From: a candidate division WOR-3 bacterium
GTDB lineage: Bacteria; Hydrothermota; Hydrothermia; Hydrothermales; Hydrothermaceae
NCBI GenBank assembly: GCA_039803745.1
Contig: JBDRZD010000002.1
Location: forward strand, 1-47,578
DNA length: 47,578 nucleotides
Direction: 5' to 3'
Below the pieces are notes generated by a model, which saw nothing but the letters and a program-made list of their open reading frames with translations, made no database searches and was not told where the DNA came from. The position numbers and the translations under genes were made by a program. This document shows, piece after piece, positions 18,123-28,438 of the stretch; position 1 is the stretch's first letter, and each line of letters opens with the position of its first letter.

Positions 18123-20147
18123 ATGAAATTCATTTATCCTGAGACAAAAGAAAGAATTGTTAAAGATACAATTTTTGAATTTGTTATAGAGGATCCCTAT
18201 AGATGGCTTGAAGATGTAGACAATGAAGAAGTTAAGGAATGGATAAAAAAACAGAATGAATTTGCAAGAAAATTTCTTGATTCTATTCCTGAAAGAAAGG
18301 AGATTGAAGAAGAATATCTCAAAATTCTGTCAAAGGAAAGAATAAGCGCACCAGTTGTTTATGGGGATAAATTTTTCTTTTTTAAAAGAAAAGGTGAAGA
18401 AAATCACGCAATTTTGTATATGAGTAAAAATGAATTTAACCCTGAAAAGGCAGAAATAATTTTGAATCCAAATGAATGGAGTGAAGAAGGAATAATAAGT
18501 TTAGACTTTTTCTATCCTTCCTTTGATGGAAGGTACATTGCTTACGGAAAATCAGAAAAAGGAAGCGAAGCAAGCACCTTATATATATTTGATACTGAAA
18601 ATAAAAAATTACTTCCTGATGAAATACCTGAAACAAAATGGACGAGTGTGGCATGGCTAAAGGATAATTCAGGATTTTATTATTCAAGAAATGAAGGAGG
18701 AGAAAAATTTTTGCCAAGAATATATTTTCATAAACTCCGTGATAAATATGAGAATGATAGATATATTTTAGGAAAAGAACTTTCGGACACAGAGATTCCA
18801 TCTGTTTATTCTTCAAAAGATGGTAAATATTTATTTCTTGAAGTTTCAAAAGGATGGGACAAAAATGACCTTTATTTTAAAAAAATAGAAGATGAAAAAT
18901 TTATTCCAATTGCAAAAGACCTCGACGGAATATTTGAAGCAAAAGTTTATAAAGATTATATTTATATAAAAACAAATTACAATGCACCAAATTATAAATT
19001 GATAAGAGTAAACGCAGAAAATCCTGATTTAAATAAAAGTGAAATAATAATTCCAGAAGGAAAAGGCGTTTTAAAGGATTTCACATTCTGTGGTGGCAAA
19101 ATAATATTTACAATAAAAGAGGATACATATTATAGACTATTTATTGCTGATTTAAATGGGAAAATAGAATATGAAATAAAAACACCACAAAAAGGAAGCA
19201 TATGGATAAGAGAAAAAGATTATGATTCTCCTGAATTTTATTATGTATTTACTTCATTTTTTTATCCTTATTCAATTCATAAATTCAATTTGAACAATTT
19301 TAAAGATACATTAATTTTTCAGGAAAAAATGGATTTTAATGTGAATGAATATACACAAAAATTCTTATTTTACACTTCAAAGGATGGAACTAAAATCCCA
19401 ATGTATATAATTCATAAAAAGAAAATTAAATTAAACGGAAAAAATCCTTTAATTTTAACTGGTTATGGTGGATTTGGGTTAGGAATATCTCCATATTTTA
19501 TGGAAACCCTTATTCCCTTTTTAAAAAGAGGAGGAATTTTTGCGATAGCAGGAATAAGAGGAGGAGATGAATATGGTGAGAATTGGCACAGAGAAGGAAT
19601 GAGAGAGAAAAAGCAAAATGTTTTTGATGATTTCATAAGTGCCGCAGAATATTTAATAAATAAAAAATATACAAATCCCGAAAAACTTGCAATAATGGGT
19701 GGAAGTAATGGTGGATTGCTTGTAGGTGCTGTAATGACACAAAGACCAGAACTTTTTAAAGCAGTTTATTGCGGGGTTCCACTCCTTGATATGATAAGAT
19801 ATCATAAATTTGGTGTTGCCCATATATGGATTACTGAATATGGTAATCCTGACAAAGAAGATGATTTTAAATATCTTTATGCCTATTCACCATATCATAA
19901 TTTAAAAGAAAATAGAAAATATCCCTCTGTATTCTTTAAAACTTCAGAATTTGATGGAAGGGTTCATCCAATGCATGCGATGAAAATGGCTGCAAAAATG
20001 CAAAAGATTTCAAAAGACAATTTAATAATTCTATATGTGGAAGAAAAAGCAGGCCATGGAGCAGGTAAACCTCTTAAAAAAATAATAAAATCAATAACCG
20101 ATGAATATATCTTCTTAATGTGGCAACTTGGAATGTTAAGAAAATAA
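18123..20147 (+). CDS. prolyl oligopeptidase (peptidase S9A)
   Basis: DPYRWLED N-terminal motif, a beta-propeller region, catalytic GGSNGGLL (Ser), and Asp/His regions (EFDGRVHP, GHGAG). ATG 18123 follows AAGGAG (18109-18114) by 8 nt. An alternative leaderless start at 18078 would add MKILLIFLILKGVFK. Confidence 0.85.
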   Translation: MKFIYPETKERIVKDTIFEFVIEDPYRWLEDVDNEEVKEWIKKQNEFARKFLDSIPERKEIEEEYLKILSKERISAPVVYGDKFFFFKRKGEENHAILYMSKNEFNPEKAEIILNPNEWSEEGIISLDFFYPSFDGRYIAYGKSEKGSEASTLYIFDTENKKLLPDEIPETKWTSVAWLKDNSGFYYSRNEGGEKFLPRIYFHKLRDKYENDRYILGKELSDTEIPSVYSSKDGKYLFLEVSKGWDKNDLYFKKIEDEKFIPIAKDLDGIFEAKVYKDYIYIKTNYNAPNYKLIRVNAENPDLNKSEIIIPEGKGVLKDFTFCGGKIIFTIKEDTYYRLFIADLNGKIEYEIKTPQKGSIWIREKDYDSPEFYYVFTSFFYPYSIHKFNLNNFKDTLIFQEKMDFNVNEYTQKFLFYTSKDGTKIPMYIIHKKKIKLNGKNPLILTGYGGFGLGISPYFMETLIPFLKRGGIFAIAGIRGGDEYGENWHREGMREKKQNVFDDFISAAEYLINKKYTNPEKLAIMGGSNGGLLVGAVMTQRPELFKAVYCGVPLLDMIRYHKFGVAHIWITEYGNPDKEDDFKYLYAYSPYHNLKENRKYPSVFFKTSEFDGRVHPMHAMKMAAKMQKISKDNLIILYVEEKAGHGAGKPLKKIIKSITDEYIFLMWQLGMLRK

Positions 20148-20219
20148 TGGCGGCGGGCGGATTCGAACCGCCGACACAGGGCTTATGAAACCCCTGCTCT
20201 ACCACTGAGCTACGCCGCC
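20148..20219 (-). tRNA. tRNA with CAT anticodon (elongator Met, Ile2-lysidine type not excluded), no encoded CCA
   Basis: The reverse complement GGCGGCG-TA-GCTC-AGTGGTA-GAGC-A-GGGGT-TTCATAA-GCCCT-GTGTC-GGCGG-TTCGAAT-CCGCC-CGCCGCC-A folds as a cloverleaf. G1-C72 are paired, so it is not a bacterial initiator. Confidence 0.9.
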
Positions 20220-20299
20220 AAAATTTGATGTATAATTATAATTATAAAAGAGAAAAAAATTCAAATTTATTTAATTATTTTTTAATTAACATTTCTTTA

Positions 20300-21872
<1,573 letters not shown>

Positions 21873-21890
21873 AATTTAAAGGAGGAAAAA

Positions 21891-23126
21891 ATGGGAGTTG
21901 ATAAACTTAAAATTGTTCTTGAAAAAGAAATTGAAAGACTGAAAAATGAAGGAAGATTGAAGGGCAAAGAATTTATAATCACGGGGGTTAAAAAACCTGA
22001 AAACGGGAAAGGACCAAGGTATTTTCTCAAGGGCTTTGGTGATAAAGAATTTATAAGGATGAATTCAAATTCTTATCTTGGTATGTCCCTTTTAGATGAA
22101 ATAATAAAGGTTGAAGAAGAAACAGCAAGAAAATTCGGTGTTGGTCCTGGTGCTGTAAGGTTTATAAGTGGAACATTTTTGCCCCATAGAGAACTTGAAA
22201 AAAGACTTGCAAAATTTCATAACCGGGAAGATTGTATGATTTATAGTGCTGCCTATGTAACGGTTGTGGGAATTTTAGCATCATTAATAACAAATGAAAC
22301 AATTGTAATAAGTGATGAATTGAATCATAACTGTATAATAAATGGAATAAGACTTGCAAGACCAAAAGATAAACTCATTTATAAACACCTTGACATGAAT
22401 GACCTTGAAGAAAAGGTTAAAAGCTCTATTGGAAAAGCAAAGAGATTAATTATAATAACAGATGGTGTTTTCAGTATGAGGGGTGATTATGCACCATTAA
22501 AGGAAATTGAAGAAATTGCTAAAAGATATGACGAAAATTTTGAGGAAAATATAATAACAGTTGTAGATGATTCCCATGGAGTTGGTGCTTTTGGTGAAAC
22601 TGGAAGAGGAACAGAAGAATATACAGGTGCAAGATGCGATCTGCTTGTAGGAACAATAGGAAAGGCATTTGGAGTAAATGGAGGTTATGTTTGTTCTGAT
22701 GAGAAAGTAATAACATATTTGAGAGAAACAGCAATTACATATGTGTATTCAAATCCTATAACACCTGCAGAAGCAGCCTGTGCATTGAAAGTTATCGAAT
22801 TTCTTGATAGTGAAAAAGGAAGGGAAAGACTAAGATATTTAAGGGATGTAACAAAAAGATTCAGAGATGGTGTTATGAATTTAGGATATGAAACAATCAA
22901 AAGTGACCATCCAATTGTTCCTTTACTTATAAGGGATACATGGAAAACAAAAGATTTAGTCAATTATTTAATAGAAAATGGTGTTCTTGCAACAGGACTT
23001 GCTTATCCTATTGTTCCAAGAGGAGACGAAACAATAAGGTTTCAGGTAAATGCTGATCATACACCCTATGATATTGATTATGTTCTGGATGTTTTAGATA
23101 AATACAAAAAGGAAAGAAAAATTTAA
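21891..23126 (+). CDS. kbl: alpha-oxoamine synthase family PLP enzyme (2-amino-3-ketobutyrate CoA ligase / BioF-like)
   Basis: 411 aa. NSNSYLGM, DELNHNCII, DDSHGVGAFG and GTIGKAFG (PLP-Lys) motifs. SD AGGAGG upstream. Confidence 0.75.
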   Translation: MGVDKLKIVLEKEIERLKNEGRLKGKEFIITGVKKPENGKGPRYFLKGFGDKEFIRMNSNSYLGMSLLDEIIKVEEETARKFGVGPGAVRFISGTFLPHRELEKRLAKFHNREDCMIYSAAYVTVVGILASLITNETIVISDELNHNCIINGIRLARPKDKLIYKHLDMNDLEEKVKSSIGKAKRLIIITDGVFSMRGDYAPLKEIEEIAKRYDENFEENIITVVDDSHGVGAFGETGRGTEEYTGARCDLLVGTIGKAFGVNGGYVCSDEKVITYLRETAITYVYSNPITPAEAACALKVIEFLDSEKGRERLRYLRDVTKRFRDGVMNLGYETIKSDHPIVPLLIRDTWKTKDLVNYLIENGVLATGLAYPIVPRGDETIRFQVNADHTPYDIDYVLDVLDKYKKERKI

Positions 23127-24443
23127 TTATCTCAATTTTATAACTTTAAATATTTTTCCCTTATTTTTTAAAAAATAAATTTTGGGTGATTTAAATTTCT
23201 CAATTCTACCATTCAAATCATAAATATCCACTATTTTCTCACTTTTAAAATTCAAGTTATCAATAAATAAATTCTTATAAATTTCAGTTTTTTTATCCCT
23301 ATCAAATTTTTCCTCTATTCCATTCCCTGTTGGATTTTTCTTGTAATAAATTTCCCAGTTTGCATCCCTATTATCTTGCCATATTACATGGACATTTGAG
23401 CCTGAAACAGAAAGGAAGGGATGTACCGAAGAATTTACATTATTTGTCAAACGAAAATCAGTCTCCCATGTATTTCCACCATCAATTGATCTTTTATAAT
23501 AAATCTCACTATTTCCATCCCTATAATCAGTCCAAACAACATGAATATTTGCTCCTGAAACAAATATTGAAGGATAAAAAGATTCCTGAGTATTATCTGT
23601 AAGCCTTATATCATTGCTCCATGTATTCCCATTATCATTTGAACGCTTATAATAAATTTCATTATTTCCATCCCTATTATCAACCCAAACAATATGAATA
23701 TTAGAGCCTGAAACAGAAATTGAGGGATATAATGAACTTTGGGGATTATTTGTTAAACGAATATCAGAACTCCATGTACTTCCATTATCAATTGATTTTT
23801 TATAATAAATTTCCCAGTTATTATCCCTGTCCTCCTGCCATACTACATGAACATTTGAACCTGATACCCACAAAGATGGATTTGTTGAATTATTAGGATT
23901 ATTTGTGAGTCTAAAATCATTCCCCCAGGTATTTCCTCCATCATTAGATCTTTTATAATAAATCTCTTTATTCCCATCTCTTTCATCAACCCATACAACA
24001 TGAACATAGGAGCCTGATGCAAAAACACAGGGTGAATAAGAATAAGAAGGGTTATCTGTGAGTCTTTTATCAATACTCCAGGAAGCACCACTATTTGGTG
24101 AATTTTTATAATAAATTTCCCAGTTCCCATTTCTTGTATCAACCCATACAACATGAACTTTTGAACCTGATACAAAAACGCAGGGCTGAGTTGATGAATT
24201 CGGGTCATTTGTTAAACGAAAATCGTTTCCCCAGGTAGTTCCATTATTCAAAGAACGCTTATAATAAATCTCATAATTTGCATCCCTATCCTCTTCCCAT
24301 ACTATATGGATTGTGTCACCATTTGAAAAAATTGCCCTTTGATTGTTTACAGGTAAAGTGGAACTGTTTACATCATTTGTAAGCCTTATGTCCTGCCCCC
24401 ATTGAGAGAATAAAAAATTTGTTAAAATAAATAAAACTTTCAT
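23127..24443 (-). CDS. secreted seven-blade BNR/sialidase-like beta-propeller with a T9SS-type C-terminal sorting domain
   Basis: Signal peptide MKVLFILTNFLFSQ from ATG 24443. Seven ~43-44-aa repeats (RLTNxxxxS..P...VSGSxVHVVW.D.RDGNxEIYYKRS.DxGxTW) contain the BNR SxDxGxTW motif. The last ~64 aa (VDIYDLNGRIE...IYFLKNKGKIFKVIKL) resemble a Por_Secre_tail domain. Confidence 0.75.
   Translation of the reverse strand: MKVLFILTNFLFSQWGQDIRLTNDVNSSTLPVNNQRAIFSNGDTIHIVWEEDRDANYEIYYKRSLNNGTTWGNDFRLTNDPNSSTQPCVFVSGSKVHVVWVDTRNGNWEIYYKNSPNSGASWSIDKRLTDNPSYSYSPCVFASGSYVHVVWVDERDGNKEIYYKRSNDGGNTWGNDFRLTNNPNNSTNPSLWVSGSNVHVVWQEDRDNNWEIYYKKSIDNGSTWSSDIRLTNNPQSSLYPSISVSGSNIHIVWVDNRDGNNEIYYKRSNDNGNTWSNDIRLTDNTQESFYPSIFVSGANIHVVWTDYRDGNSEIYYKRSIDGGNTWETDFRLTNNVNSSVHPFLSVSGSNVHVIWQDNRDANWEIYYKKNPTGNGIEEKFDRDKKTEIYKNLFIDNLNFKSEKIVDIYDLNGRIEKFKSPKIYFLKNKGKIFKVIKLR
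23322..24386 (-). repeat. seven diverged in-frame tandem coding repeats (~129-132 bp) encoding the propeller blades
   Basis: The periodic protein repeat is listed in the CDS entry. At the DNA level, recurring ccatac(a/t)acatgaac / ataataaat(t/c)tc blocks are visible. Confidence 0.7.
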
Positions 24444-24450
24444 AATGTAA

Positions 24451-25167
24451 TTATAAGGGTTTTCTTTCCCCAAATAAAAATCTTCCTATTCTTATCATAT
24501 TTGCTCCTTCCTCAATTGCATATTCAAAATCCTCACTCATACCCATTGAAAGATATTTTAAATTGACACCATATTCCTTCTCGATTTTCTCTTTTAATTC
24601 CCTTAAAAGGGAAAACGCTTTTCTTGATTTTTTCTCCTCCACCGGATATGGTCCAAGTGTAAAAAGACCTTGAATTGATAAATTTTTAAATTTAATTAAA
24701 TCTTCAAAATTTTTTAAAAATTCGTCAGGTTCAAAACCATGCTTTGTTTCTTCAAAAGAAGTATTAATTTCAATAAGTACAGGATATTCTCCTTGTGCTC
24801 TTTTATTTATTTCCTCTGCAATCTTTAAAGAATCAACCGATTGAATCATTTTAAAAATATTTAATGCTTTTTTAACTTTATTTTTTTGTAAAGTTCCTAT
24901 CATATGCCATTCACATTCTTTTTTAATTTCCTGAATTTTTTTCTCTGCCTCCTGAACCCTATTTTCCCCTATTATTTTTATCCCAAAATCTATTGCCATC
25001 TCTATTTTATATGATGGAACACCTTTTGTTGCTGCAACAATTATAATATCTTCTTTTTTTCTTCCTGAAAGGATAGCACTCTTCTCAATTTTTTCAATTA
25101 AAATTTCATAATTATTTTTTAATTTTTCCCATTCGCTTGAATTCATCATATATTTTTTGAGGTTCAA
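24451..25167 (-). CDS. yggS: YggS-family pyridoxal-phosphate homeostasis protein
   Basis: IIVAATKGV (PLP-Lys), HMIGTLQKNKVK, SMGMSEDFE.AIEEGANMIRIG. The true start is possibly an internal Met near 25146-25149. Confidence 0.85.
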   Translation of the reverse strand: MNLKKYMMNSSEWEKLKNNYEILIEKIEKSAILSGRKKEDIIIVAATKGVPSYKIEMAIDFGIKIIGENRVQEAEKKIQEIKKECEWHMIGTLQKNKVKKALNIFKMIQSVDSLKIAEEINKRAQGEYPVLIEINTSFEETKHGFEPDEFLKNFEDLIKFKNLSIQGLFTLGPYPVEEKKSRKAFSLLRELKEKIEKEYGVNLKYLSMGMSEDFEYAIEEGANMIRIGRFLFGERKPL

Positions 25168-25525
25168 AGGTTAAAAGAAAAATACCTCTAAAAGGGTCAA
25201 GCCATGACTTTTTTTCAAAGGGTGATAGAAATATTCCATTTTTATCAACTTCTATTCTTTTTACCCATTCCCAGTCCTTTTCAATCTTGTAAAAAAACCT
25301 TTTTACAATTATCTTTTTATCTGTTATTTCATATTCTGTTTTTGTAAAAAAACTTATATTTGAGAAAAAAAGAATTAAGAATGCAAATATACCCCAAAAG
25401 ATTCCAAAGGAAAATGTAAAAAGCAAAGTTATAAAAATTAAAAAAACTATAAAAAAAATTGCCTTTTTAAGATTTTTTCTTGCGGGAAGCACCTCCCACT
25501 TTATAGAATTCAAATGGTGAGACAT
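25112..25525 (-). CDS. hypothetical membrane protein (two TM helices + small soluble domain)
   Basis: 137 aa. Two clear hydrophobic helices, then YEITDKKIIVKRFFY...VKRIEVDKNGIFL (bacterial PH-like?). AAGGGAG lies just upstream of the ATG. Overlaps both neighbours. Confidence 0.4.
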   Translation of the reverse strand: MSHHLNSIKWEVLPARKNLKKAIFFIVFLIFITLLFTFSFGIFWGIFAFLILFFSNISFFTKTEYEITDKKIIVKRFFYKIEKDWEWVKRIEVDKNGIFLSPFEKKSWLDPFRGIFLLTFEPQKIYDEFKRMGKIKK

Positions 25526-27362
25526 AATCTCCCTTCTTCTTTTGAACCTCCAAAAGTCTTTCCTTTTGTTTTTTTAAAACATCAAAGAAAATCTTTGGTG
25601 TATCTTTTATTTCCTTATAAATTTCAAGCATCCTGTCAATTTTTGCAATCTGCTCAGGAATTCTTAAAGTAAACTGCTTTATATAGTCTTCTTTTTTATA
25701 CTCTTTATTTAAAACCTTTTTAAACAATTTCTTTAAATCTTCATATTTTGGAATATAACCTGTAGGTGTTTTAACTGCGTCAACTTCCTTATTCACTCTT
25801 AATTCCATCCATTTATACCATACCCTTTTATCAGCCTTTTCATTCAAAAACTTCCCGTCTTTATCCCTCAAAAAGTAATTAACTGAGAAAATTCTCGGTT
25901 TTTTCTTTAATTTTTTCCCAAAATTAAGATGCATTTTAATATACTTACCTATTGTAACGGATAAAAAGTCAAGGTTTGACATTGGATTGAATTCTCTTTT
26001 TGCTTTTGCTTCAAGAACAGCAGCAGTAGGTTCTGATTCAAGGCATGCCCCTTTTGTTATTGTGCCATGAACCCAGTCAAAGGCTTCTTCAACAGGAACC
26101 CATGTATCAGAATCCCTCCCACCATAGACAATTCCTCCTATTTCAAGACCCTCAGGGTCATTATACCTTGGGTCAAGATTTTCAAATCTTTCTAATGCAA
26201 TTGTAAATCTTGCGTTTGGATGTGAAGGAGGTATTTCTTTACCTTTTTCATCTTTTTTCCCTTTATACCATTCACCTGAATGATTTATACCTTTTTCAGG
26301 ACATTCTTTTCCACTTCCAACCCAATAAACATCTCCATCCTCGGTCATTAAAATATTTGAGAATATGACTTCACCTGGACTTGTAAGAGCCTTATAAATT
26401 ATAGGATCATCCTCAGGATTTATCCCTTCAATTATTCCAAACATTCCTTTTTCAATATTTACTGCATAAACTCTTCCTTTTTTATTCTTTAAAATAGCAA
26501 TATCATCACCTATAAGTCTTTCACCTTGCATCATTGCAGTTGAAGTTTTTCCACAAAGAGATGGAAATGCACCAGTAAAATAGGTAACCCTTCCTTTTGG
26601 TCCATTAATACCAACTATTAACATGTGCTCCATAAGCCAATCTTCTTTTGAAGCCTTATAAATTCCGAGCCTTAAGGAGAGTTTTTTAAGTCCTATTGAA
26701 TTACCACCATATTGAGTATTTATTGAATAAACCGTGTTATCAATCAAATCTATATAAACTCTCCTCTTATCAATATTCTTTGATGTCTTCCTCTCATCAA
26801 GTTCTCCTGCGCTATGGATAAACTTAAAAAATACAAATTTTTTACCCTTTCTTAAAAACTCTTCATATCCTTGCCTGTATAAAATATTTTCACTATGGGC
26901 AACATAAGCAGAATCTGTAAGTTGGATGCACGGGATTGCAAAATCAGAAGGAGCAGGACCGAGGGTATAAAAAGAAATGTAAAGTGTTTTACCTTTCATT
27001 ATGTCTTTCATGAGTTCGTGTATTTCTTCAAGCCCTTTATCCCTTTCCATCCATTCAATATACTTACCATAATCAACTCCGGGTGGCAAGAGAAATTTTG
27101 TATTCTTTCTATCCCTTGCTTGGTCATAATATCCATCAAAATGAATTGTGTGACCCTCTATTTTGAGTTTTATCTCTTCACCATCTTCAATCGCCTTCTC
27201 TCTTATATATTTTAAATCCTCCTCTGTTCCGATATTCACATAAACCTTATCCGGATTACAGAGTTCAACATATTTTTCTATAAATTTATAAACATCAGGA
27301 TTCTTTATTTTTAAAATTCTTTCCCACCCTTCACCTATAAATTTTCCCTTTATGTGTTCCAT
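25467..27362 (-). CDS. pckG: phosphoenolpyruvate carboxykinase (GTP)
   Basis: 631 aa. The kinase-1a-like FPSLCGKTSTAMM and overall collinearity fit GTP-PEPCK. Strong SD GGAGGTGA upstream. Confidence 0.9.
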   Translation of the reverse strand: MEHIKGKFIGEGWERILKIKNPDVYKFIEKYVELCNPDKVYVNIGTEEDLKYIREKAIEDGEEIKLKIEGHTIHFDGYYDQARDRKNTKFLLPPGVDYGKYIEWMERDKGLEEIHELMKDIMKGKTLYISFYTLGPAPSDFAIPCIQLTDSAYVAHSENILYRQGYEEFLRKGKKFVFFKFIHSAGELDERKTSKNIDKRRVYIDLIDNTVYSINTQYGGNSIGLKKLSLRLGIYKASKEDWLMEHMLIVGINGPKGRVTYFTGAFPSLCGKTSTAMMQGERLIGDDIAILKNKKGRVYAVNIEKGMFGIIEGINPEDDPIIYKALTSPGEVIFSNILMTEDGDVYWVGSGKECPEKGINHSGEWYKGKKDEKGKEIPPSHPNARFTIALERFENLDPRYNDPEGLEIGGIVYGGRDSDTWVPVEEAFDWVHGTITKGACLESEPTAAVLEAKAKREFNPMSNLDFLSVTIGKYIKMHLNFGKKLKKKPRIFSVNYFLRDKDGKFLNEKADKRVWYKWMELRVNKEVDAVKTPTGYIPKYEDLKKLFKKVLNKEYKKEDYIKQFTLRIPEQIAKIDRMLEIYKEIKDTPKIFFDVLKKQKERLLEVQKKKGDYVSPFEFYKVGGASRKKKS

Positions 27363-27460
27363 AATTCACCTCCAATTAAAAAGAAAATAAATTATATAGG
27401 AAAAAAAAGAAAATAAACAAATATTTTATTTTTATAATGAAAAGCATTATAATTAAAATT

Positions 27461-28429
27461 ATGAGAACAATAGAAAAATTGAAAAAGAAGAAAGTAAATC
27501 TTGCGTGGAAACCAACTCCTATAGAATTTCTTGAAAATTTTCCTCACCCCGCAAAGATATATATAAAAAGGGATGATTATACAGGTCTTATATCCTCAGG
27601 AAACAAAATAAGAAAACTTGAATATGCTATTTTTGATGCAAAAGAAAAAGGATGCGACACTTTAATTACATGTGGAGGAATCCAATCCAACCATTGTAGA
27701 GCAACAGCCTTTGCAGGTAAAAAATTTGGGTTTGATGTTCATCTTGTATTAAGAGGCAAACCAGAAAAACCTTATCAAGGTAATTTATTTTTAGACCATC
27801 TTTTAGGAGCAAGAATTAAATATGTAAGTTATGAAGAGTATAAAGAGAGAATAAATGAAATACTCGAAGAAACAGCAGAAGAATTGAGAAAAAATAACAA
27901 AAAGCCTTATATTATTCCTGAAGGGGCATCAAATGAAATTGGATGTCTTGGATATGTGGAATGTATGGATGAGATGAAAAATTTTATTATAAAAGAAAAA
28001 ATTGAAGCAATATATCTTGCAGTTGGTTCTGGTGGAACTTATGCTGGTCTTTTAATAGGAAAGAAACTTTTAAATTTAGATATAAGATTAATTGGAATAA
28101 TTGTTTGTGATTCTATAAAATTTTTTAAAGGCAAAATAGAAGATATATGTGAAAAAGCAATTGAAAAATATAAATTGCCAATAAAGATATCACCATCTGA
28201 TATTGAATTAATAGATGGATATATTGGTGAAGGATATGGAATTCCTTATAAAGAAGAAATTGAAACTATTAAAAATATTTCACGAAATTATGGAATAATT
28301 TTAGACCCTGTTTACACAGGTAAGGCATTTTATGGGATGTTAAATGAATCAAGAGAATTTAAAAAAATTTTATTTTTACATACAGGTGGTATATTTAGCA
28401 TATTTGCATATAATAAAGAATTAAGTTAG
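27461..28429 (+). CDS. PLP-dependent D-cysteine desulfhydrase / ACC deaminase family protein
   Basis: PTPIEFL, IYIKRDDYTG...SGNKIRKLEY (PLP-Lys), GGIQSNHCRATA and HTGG. ATG 27461 is preferred because it follows TATAAT-N7. Confidence 0.8.
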   Translation: MRTIEKLKKKKVNLAWKPTPIEFLENFPHPAKIYIKRDDYTGLISSGNKIRKLEYAIFDAKEKGCDTLITCGGIQSNHCRATAFAGKKFGFDVHLVLRGKPEKPYQGNLFLDHLLGARIKYVSYEEYKERINEILEETAEELRKNNKKPYIIPEGASNEIGCLGYVECMDEMKNFIIKEKIEAIYLAVGSGGTYAGLLIGKKLLNLDIRLIGIIVCDSIKFFKGKIEDICEKAIEKYKLPIKISPSDIELIDGYIGEGYGIPYKEEIETIKNISRNYGIILDPVYTGKAFYGMLNESREFKKILFLHTGGIFSIFAYNKELS

Positions 28430-28438
28430 GGAGGTGAT

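Noticed and set aside
20148-20219. Initiator tRNA-fMet, or a tRNA-linked integration hotspot or genomic island
   Set aside because: G1-C72 are base-paired, whereas bacterial initiators have a 1:72 mismatch. The GGG/CCC run occupies positions 28-30/40-42 rather than 29-31/39-41. No integrase, direct repeat of the tRNA 3' end or foreign-looking genes flank it. The neighbours are POP and serS.
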